Source: Polyangiaceae bacterium (GTDB lineage: Bacteria > Myxococcota_A > Polyangia > Polyangiales > Polyangiaceae). Taken from it: a stretch of DNA of 64,000 bases. The DNA is taken from contig JBGAJR010000019.1 of NCBI GenBank assembly GCA_044224815.1, positions 1-64,000 of the forward strand, given 5' to 3'. The notes beneath the pieces were generated by a model. It saw only the letters and a program-made list of their open reading frames with translations. It did no database searches and was not told where the DNA came from. Shown here one piece after another: positions 58,026-64,000 of the stretch; the stretch's first letter is position 1, and each line of letters begins with the position of its first letter. A program made the position numbers and the translations under genes.

Positions 58026-59153
58026 TCACACTCCCGGCGGAAGCGCGGGCGCCTCGACGGTCGGCGTCGTCTCGCGCGGTCGGGTTCGAGCGTCGTGGTC
58101 ACGCGTCAGCGCCGCGCGTTTCGCTTTGCGGATCGATGCCGCGCGCGCCTTCGCGACGTGGGTCTCGCTCCGCGCTCGCTCGAGCTCGGCGCGATCCGCG
58201 AAGGGCTGCGGCCGCGCGCCCGTCTCGCGAAGATAGGTGGGCAGATCCACGATCTCGTAGCCGACGCGCTCCGGACGCGTGGGATCCCACGCGCGCTTCT
58301 TGAGCCAATCGAGGATCTTGGGGAGCGCGCGGGCCGTCACCCATCGCACGTCGTGGAGGAGGATCGTGCCGCCACCCGCGTAGTCGATCTGCTGCGTGAT
58401 GCTGTCGGCGAGCCCGTCGTCGTCCTCGCGCGTCATGTCGCCGGCCTCGATGCTCCAGAGCACGAGCTCGGCTCCGCGGCGCCGAAGGATGTCCTCGGTG
58501 AAGGCGTCGAGCCCGCCGTAGGGCGGTCGGAAGAGGATGGGCGTGCGACCGATGGTCCGCTCGATCGATGCCTCACCGGCGTCGATTTGTCGGAGCGCGG
58601 CTTCGCGCGTGCCCGCGGTGAGGAGCGAGTGATCGTGCGTGTGGTTGCCGATCAAGTGACCGCTCGCGAGGATGCGGCGCGCGAGATCGCGGCTCTGCGC
58701 TTGTCGGGGCTCGTCGCCGTCGAGGTATCGACCGATCAAGAAGAAGCTCGCCGTGACGCCGTAGCGATCGAGGGTCTTCAAGACGACCGGGGTCGTCTCC
58801 GGTGATGGCCCGTCGTCGAAGGTGAACGTGACCAGGCGTCGGCCGCTCTCGTCGGGTCGCTCCGGTCCTTCGGCGAGAAGCCACGCCCGCGACGCGCTCA
58901 CTTGCGGGTTGAGGCGCGGCCACGGCACCGGGTCGGGCAGATCGCTTCCCGATGCGAGCGGTGAGAGCGGCGTGAGCGCGGGCGCGGGTGGCGCCTCCGG
59001 TGCGTCCGCGGGCTTCACCGACGGGAGCGCGCGCGACGCGATGCGGACCGCGCTATCGCGAAGGCGGTTCCCATCGGGGCGCCCGAGGCCAACCCAGCTC
59101 CCCACGACGAGCGCGAGGAGCGGCAGGCCGATTCGCGACAGCTCACCAGGCAT
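58026..59153 (-). CDS. Polysaccharide deacetylase (NodB homology domain)
   Basis: TFDDGP and HTHDH motifs. N-terminal signal or TM segment. Confidence 0.75.
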   Translation of the reverse strand: MPGELSRIGLPLLALVVGSWVGLGRPDGNRLRDSAVRIASRALPSVKPADAPEAPPAPALTPLSPLASGSDLPDPVPWPRLNPQVSASRAWLLAEGPERPDESGRRLVTFTFDDGPSPETTPVVLKTLDRYGVTASFFLIGRYLDGDEPRQAQSRDLARRILASGHLIGNHTHDHSLLTAGTREAALRQIDAGEASIERTIGRTPILFRPPYGGLDAFTEDILRRRGAELVLWSIEAGDMTREDDDGLADSITQQIDYAGGGTILLHDVRWVTARALPKILDWLKKRAWDPTRPERVGYEIVDLPTYLRETGARPQPFADRAELERARSETHVAKARAASIRKAKRAALTRDHDARTRPRETTPTVEAPALPPGV

Positions 59154-59228
59154 CGACCGCGAAGTGTAGTTTGGTGTAGGTATTGGTGAGCAACTTTGCG
59201 GCCCCACGAGCCGAGCCGCTCTGCCAAG

Positions 59229-60371
59229 ATGCGCGGCGTCGTGAAGCACGGAATCGCGCCCAAAGTCCTCGCCTCGCAAGTGACCGCCACGGCTGCTTGG
59301 GCCCTCGATGGCCCGCTCCCGCCCGCCGCGGTGGTGCGCGACGCCGAGGCCATCGAGGCCCAATGGACGGTCGAGCCGGGGTGCGTGCGCTACTTCGAGC
59401 TCCTGCTCGCCGCGCACTTCCTCACCGTCGGCACGTTCTGCCCGACCGACGTCGACGCCCGGATTCGTCACCACGCGTGGAGCGAGATCGAGGATCCGGA
59501 GGTCCTCGCGGCGTTCGTCGCGTCCGTCGACGCTGTCGCCGAGCTCGATCCGCGACCGGTCTCGGCTCGCGTGCTCGACGTCGCGAGCGAAGGACCGCAT
59601 GGCCACGGGCTCTCCGGTCACGACGGCGAGTGGTTCTCGGTTCGCGCCGGCGCGCTCGGTCGCGCCTACGCGATCGGCGCACCTGCGATCGCGGAGCGCG
59701 TCCTCGCGGCCATCGACGAAGAGCTCGTGCGCGAGGCGGCCGCGTTCGACGCTGCTGTCGCGAGTGGAGAGACGCGAGCCATCCTCACGACGGCCACCGT
59801 CCTCGCGCACAACTTGGGCGATCTCTCGCGCGTGGTCGAGGCGTGGCCCAAGAACGTCGCCGCCGCGGACGTGCGCGCTCGCCTCTCGCGCCTCGGTCAC
59901 TTGCCCGACCGCGCGCTCTACGGCGGCGCGTTCTTCGTCGCCGGTGCGGTGAACAAGAGCGTGATGGCCGTGGAGAACCATCGCTTCCTCGCCCTCCGCA
60001 AGCCGCGCTCGCTTCGCCAGTCGCGCGCGCTCCTCTTGCCGATCGGGCCGTTTTTCGAGCCGTGGGGCCACGCCGTCGCGCGCGCGCTCGAGGAGCCGGA
60101 TCGCGCCGAGGTCGTCGAGGCGCTCCTCGAGACGCACCTCCGCGGCGAAGATCAGCTCGGGGTCTTGCGCGCGCTCCGCGGGATGGCCGAAGCCGGCGTG
60201 GGGCCGTGGGACCGCGTGATCGAGCGGCTCCCGGCGCGTCTCCGAAAGATCGCCGGCGCGGGCGCGGTCGCGGCGGGCATGCGCATCACCGACGCCGCGT
60301 TCCGTGCGCGGCTCGACAACCGCGCGCGCGCCGCGCTCGACGAGGCGCGTGCGCACCTGCGTGGCGCTTGA
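59229..60371 (+). CDS. Hypothetical protein
   Basis: High GC3 over 381 codons. Confidence 0.5.
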   Translation: MRGVVKHGIAPKVLASQVTATAAWALDGPLPPAAVVRDAEAIEAQWTVEPGCVRYFELLLAAHFLTVGTFCPTDVDARIRHHAWSEIEDPEVLAAFVASVDAVAELDPRPVSARVLDVASEGPHGHGLSGHDGEWFSVRAGALGRAYAIGAPAIAERVLAAIDEELVREAAAFDAAVASGETRAILTTATVLAHNLGDLSRVVEAWPKNVAAADVRARLSRLGHLPDRALYGGAFFVAGAVNKSVMAVENHRFLALRKPRSLRQSRALLLPIGPFFEPWGHAVARALEEPDRAEVVEALLETHLRGEDQLGVLRALRGMAEAGVGPWDRVIERLPARLRKIAGAGAVAAGMRITDAAFRARLDNRARAALDEARAHLRGA

Positions 60372-60409
60372 CACTCCGCGCGCGTGACCCTCAAGTGCAC
60401 CTCCCGTCG

Positions 60410-60982
60410 ATGATCGATCCCGCGCGCCAAAGCTTGCTCAGCCTGCTGTCTGCGCACTCGCCGGCCGACGACGTGGAGCGCGCTCACGTCACGGCCGTCC
60501 ACGCGCTGGTGAGCTCGGAGCCGGAGTGCTTCGCGCGCGGCACGTTCGTGCCCGGTCACCTCACGGCGAGCGCGTTCGTGGTCGACGGCGCGGGGCGTCT
60601 CCTCCTTCATCATCACCGGCGCCTCGATCGGTGGCTCCAAATGGGCGGCCACGACGAGGGCGAGCACGATCCCGAGAAGACCGCGCGCCGCGAGGCAGAA
60701 GAAGAGTCGGGCCTCGTCGATCTCGAGCTCGTGCGCATCGGCCCGAGCGGGCTCTTGGACGTGGACGTGCATCGCATCCCGGAAGGCAAGCGCGAGCCAG
60801 CGCACCTCCATCACGATCTCCGCTACCTGTTCGTCACTAGGTCACCCGACGCGATTCACGCACAGGTCGAAGAGTCGCTCGATCTCGCGTTCTTTCCGTT
60901 GCGTGAGGCAGAGGCCAAACTCGGCGAAGCGTCGGCGCGCCGCGTGATCGCCAAAATCCAAGCCGCGCTCGACCGAAGGTGA
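60410..60982 (+). CDS. NUDIX hydrolase
   Basis: Nudix box GGHDEGEHDPEKTARREAEEESGL. Confidence 0.8.
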   Translation: MIDPARQSLLSLLSAHSPADDVERAHVTAVHALVSSEPECFARGTFVPGHLTASAFVVDGAGRLLLHHHRRLDRWLQMGGHDEGEHDPEKTARREAEEESGLVDLELVRIGPSGLLDVDVHRIPEGKREPAHLHHDLRYLFVTRSPDAIHAQVEESLDLAFFPLREAEAKLGEASARRVIAKIQAALDRR

Positions 60983-62367
60983 GCGCGCCCGCGCCGCTCC
61001 CCGAGATCGACGCACCCGCGGACGATGCGTCGGGTCGCTCCGAGCTCGCACGCCTCGTGTCGCTCGCGTGGCCCATCACCCTCGCCCAGCTCGGCATGAT
61101 GAGTCTCCACCTGGTCGACACGGCGATCGTCGGTCGGAGCTCGGTCGAAGATCTCGCGGGCGTCGCGCTCGGTCGATCGATCGCGTTTCTCACCGTGTCG
61201 GCGGGGATGGGTATTCCGTTCGCGCTCGAGACCTTGGCCACGCAGGCCGTGGGCGCCGGTGAGCCCGAGGTGGCGTGGGCCGCCCTCCGCGGCGCGCTTC
61301 GCGCCTCGCTCGTCGCCATCGTTCCGTTGTCGGTCGTGGCCGTGGCGATCACACTGGCGCTCCCGCGCTTCGGGGTCGAAGCGGCCATCGCGGATCGCGC
61401 GCTCTCGTTCGTGATCGGCAACGCGCCCGGCTCGTACGGCTTCCTCCTCTTTCTCGCCGCCAAGACGTTCCTTCAAGCGCATGGCCGCACGAGCCCGGCT
61501 TTGGTTGCCGCCGGTATCGCCAACGTCGTCAACCTGATCGTGTGCTCGCTGCTCGTCCGCGGTGACGATGCGCTCCGCTCCGTTGGGCTCTCGGGAATGG
61601 GCCTGCCGCGACTCGGCGCGTTCGGCGCCGGGCTCGCGGCCAGCATCGCGTCGCTCCTCCTCGGCGCGCTCACCTTCTATGCCGCCTGGCAGACGCGCCC
61701 GCGTGACGCGTCGACCGCCCCGCCGCTCGCGATGACGCGGGTCGCGCGTATCGGTTTGCCGATCGGCCTCCAGCTCCTCGCCGAGGTCGGCGTCTTCTCG
61801 GTCGTCGCGCTCGTCGCGGGCCGTTTGGGGGCACGCGTCGTTTCGGCGCATCAAGTGGCCATCGGCCTCGCGAGCACGACGTTCATGGTGGCGCTGGGGG
61901 TGGCGGGCGCCACCGCGGTGCGAGTCGGCATCGCGGTCGGTGCGGGCCGCTCGCCGCGGCGCGTCGGATTCCTCGGCGTGGGGCTCGGCGTGGGCACGAT
62001 GAGTCTCGGCGCCGCCATGTTCTTGACGGTGCCCGAGCCGCTCGCCCGCCTCTTCACCACCGATCCCGACGTCATCGCCACGAGCGTGCGGCTCCTCCGC
62101 ATCGCCGCGCTCTTCCAACTCTTCGACGCGACCCAGGGTGTCATCGCTGGCGCGTTGCGCGGTGCGGGCGATGTGCGATTCCCGTTCGCCGTCATGTTGG
62201 TCGGCTACTGGGCCGTGGGCTTCCCGCTCGCGCTCGTCCTCGGCTTCCACCTCGGTTGGGGGGCGGCGGGGCTTTGGTGGGGGCTCGCCGCCGGTCTCGC
62301 CTTCGTCGCCGCGGCGCTCTTGGCGCGGTTCACGTACATCGCCGCGCGCCCGATCGCGCGGGCGTAG
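60979..62367 (+). CDS. MATE family efflux transporter
   Basis: 12 TM segments and the MATE N-terminal pattern WPITLAQLGMMSLHLVDTAIVG. Its GTG start overlaps the NUDIX stop (GTGA). Confidence 0.8.
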   Translation: MSAPAPLPEIDAPADDASGRSELARLVSLAWPITLAQLGMMSLHLVDTAIVGRSSVEDLAGVALGRSIAFLTVSAGMGIPFALETLATQAVGAGEPEVAWAALRGALRASLVAIVPLSVVAVAITLALPRFGVEAAIADRALSFVIGNAPGSYGFLLFLAAKTFLQAHGRTSPALVAAGIANVVNLIVCSLLVRGDDALRSVGLSGMGLPRLGAFGAGLAASIASLLLGALTFYAAWQTRPRDASTAPPLAMTRVARIGLPIGLQLLAEVGVFSVVALVAGRLGARVVSAHQVAIGLASTTFMVALGVAGATAVRVGIAVGAGRSPRRVGFLGVGLGVGTMSLGAAMFLTVPEPLARLFTTDPDVIATSVRLLRIAALFQLFDATQGVIAGALRGAGDVRFPFAVMLVGYWAVGFPLALVLGFHLGWGAAGLWWGLAAGLAFVAAALLARFTYIAARPIARA

Positions 62368-62460
62368 CGCGATCGGCCTTGCCGATTCGCGCGCCGGAGC
62401 CACACCTAAACCATGGGCTCGTGACCGCTGGTCGCGGACCTGCAGAAGGAGGCACCGCGG

Positions 62461-63930
62461 GTGGTGCGAGGGCTCTCGGGAGCAGTTGGCCTGATGCTCG
62501 GCGCGTTCGTCGCCGGATGCGGGTCGCTGCCGGCCGTGCGCGCCCCGGCCCGCGGTCAAGGCATCGGATACGAGGTGGCCGTCTCGCGCGATGGTGCCAC
62601 GTTGGTCGTCGAAGCACGCGTGCCCCCGGGCGTGCCGCCCTACTTCGGCGTGGCCACGGGCGCCGTCCGATACGTGCAAGACCTTCACGTCGCGGTCGAC
62701 GATCCGCGTCGCGACGACGACGGCGACGACTGGACGCGCGTCGCGGCGACCGACACGTTTTATTGGCTGCCCGACTGCAGCGATCATGGTTGTCGCATTC
62801 GCTATCGGTTCGCGCTCGGCGCTGCGGCGCGAGGCCTCGCCGACGTCGATCGCGCGCGGGTCGTCGCCGACGGCGTCGTCGAGTCTCCCCCGTCGACCTG
62901 GCTCCTTCGCCCGATCGGCCTCGCGCACGCGCCTTACCGCTTGCACGTGCTCCTGAACGGTGACGTGAAGGTCGCGAGCGGACTCTTTCCGGCGAGCGGC
63001 CGCGCCCCGCTCACCTACGAAGGTGACGTCGCCGATCTCCGGCTCGCGCCGTACACGGCGATCGGTCGTTTCGAGACCGTGCACGTCGTCGATTCTTCGC
63101 GCGGGATCGATCTCGACGTCGCCGTGCCCGCCGCGTTCGGCGATCGCTTGCCTGACATCGAGTCGTGGGCTCTGCGTAGCGCCAGCGTCGTCGCCGACTA
63201 TTACGGCGCCTTCCCCGTGCCGCACGCGCTCGTCGTGGTCGCCGAGGGCGAGGACAAAGATGGCGTGAGCCACGGACGAACGCTCGGCAACGGGGGCGCG
63301 GCGAGCGTCGTTTGGCTCGGTCCCGATGTCACGAGCGAAGCGCTCCGTGACGACTGGGTGCTCCCGCACGAGCTCGTGCACATGGCGCTCCCCTCGGTGA
63401 AAGACGATCGCCACCGTTGGTTCGAGGAGGGCGTCGCCACCTACGTGGAGGGCGTCGCGCGCGCGCGGGCGGGTGATCTTCCCGAAGAGGCGTTCTGGGC
63501 CACTCTCCTGGACGGCCTGCCCAAAGGCCTTCCTCACCGGGGGGATCGCGGGCTCGATCACACGCCCACCTGGGGCCGTCGGTATTGGGGCGGTGCGCTC
63601 TTCTGCTTCCTCGCCGACATGGAGATTCGCCGCCAGAGCCAAGGACGAGCGACGCTCGCCGACGCGCTGCGCGGCGTGTCTCGGACCGGCGGCAACGTCT
63701 CGGTCGGTTGGACCCTCGAGCGCATCCTCGCCACCGGCGACGCGGCGGTCGGTCTCTCCGTCTTGAGCAATCTCCACGACCGCATGGGCACCCGTCCGAT
63801 GCCCGTCGATCTGGGGGCGCTCTGGACGCGCCTCGGGGTCAGAATCGACGAAGGGCGCGTGGTGCTCGACGACGACGCGCCCCTGTCCGCGCTTCGTCGC
63901 TCGCTCACACGGGCGGACGAAAGGGAGTGA
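62461..63930 (+). CDS. Lipoprotein, putative HExxH zinc metallopeptidase
   Basis: Lipobox FVAGCGS. HELVHM...EEG is a zincin-like signature. Confidence 0.55.
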   Translation: MVRGLSGAVGLMLGAFVAGCGSLPAVRAPARGQGIGYEVAVSRDGATLVVEARVPPGVPPYFGVATGAVRYVQDLHVAVDDPRRDDDGDDWTRVAATDTFYWLPDCSDHGCRIRYRFALGAAARGLADVDRARVVADGVVESPPSTWLLRPIGLAHAPYRLHVLLNGDVKVASGLFPASGRAPLTYEGDVADLRLAPYTAIGRFETVHVVDSSRGIDLDVAVPAAFGDRLPDIESWALRSASVVADYYGAFPVPHALVVVAEGEDKDGVSHGRTLGNGGAASVVWLGPDVTSEALRDDWVLPHELVHMALPSVKDDRHRWFEEGVATYVEGVARARAGDLPEEAFWATLLDGLPKGLPHRGDRGLDHTPTWGRRYWGGALFCFLADMEIRRQSQGRATLADALRGVSRTGGNVSVGWTLERILATGDAAVGLSVLSNLHDRMGTRPMPVDLGALWTRLGVRIDEGRVVLDDDAPLSALRRSLTRADERE

Positions 63931-64000
63931 GGCGTGCGCTATCACCTCGGACTTGGCCTCAGGTCCGAATGGGGGGTTCAATAGGGTTCGTGGGGTGGAC

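Noticed and set aside
1-64000. CRISPR arrays, rRNA genes, IS elements and toxin-antitoxin pairs
   Set aside because: No short regularly spaced repeats, no rRNA-like conserved stretches, and no transposase or integrase motifs (DDE, tyrosine recombinase R..H..RH..Y) were seen in any frame.

Overview
This is a high-GC (~72%) bacterial chromosome segment with no large rearrangements. Codon bias (GC3 above 85%) makes the real reading frames easy to tell from the many GC-rich shadow ORFs. The content points to Myxococcota (Polyangia-like): a MYXO-CTERM sorting signal, at least six eukaryotic-like Ser/Thr kinases, many lipobox lipoproteins and Cys-rich secreted proteins. The window opens with a complete tRNA-Leu(UAG). 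After it come a small Cys-rich secreted peptide, a GNAT acetyltransferase, paralogous lipoproteins and a clear major vault protein (MVP) homologue. Core genes follow: purC, a lysine/alanine-repeat histone-H1-like protein, an AAA_28 ATPase, a translationally coupled FliH/SctL-like, site-2 protease and Cys-rich lipoprotein operon, a thiolase, a hybrid PAS histidine kinase and a Spy/CpxP-like protein. Next is a kinase-rich block: two zinc-ribbon kinases flank ligA, and a minus-strand operon runs giant kinase/cyclase-like/STAND-ATPase/TPR, patatin phospholipase, membrane kinase, TPR membrane protein. The rest of the window holds a DUF4388-DnaJ protein, an aldo-keto reductase, a PhyH dioxygenase, livK-livH, a LysR/DJ-1 divergent pair, a cytochrome P450, a matrixin with MYXO-CTERM, an amidohydrolase lipoprotein with thrombospondin-3 repeats, a B12-radical-SAM enzyme, YceI, TlpA, a NodB deacetylase, NUDIX, a MATE transporter and a HExxH lipoprotein. 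The strongest candidates for novelty are the bacterial vault protein, the kinase-STAND-patatin operon, a small ORF carrying two double-glycine leader-like motifs, and a nested-hairpin structured leader upstream of yceI. No CRISPR array, rRNA, integrase or transposase was seen.
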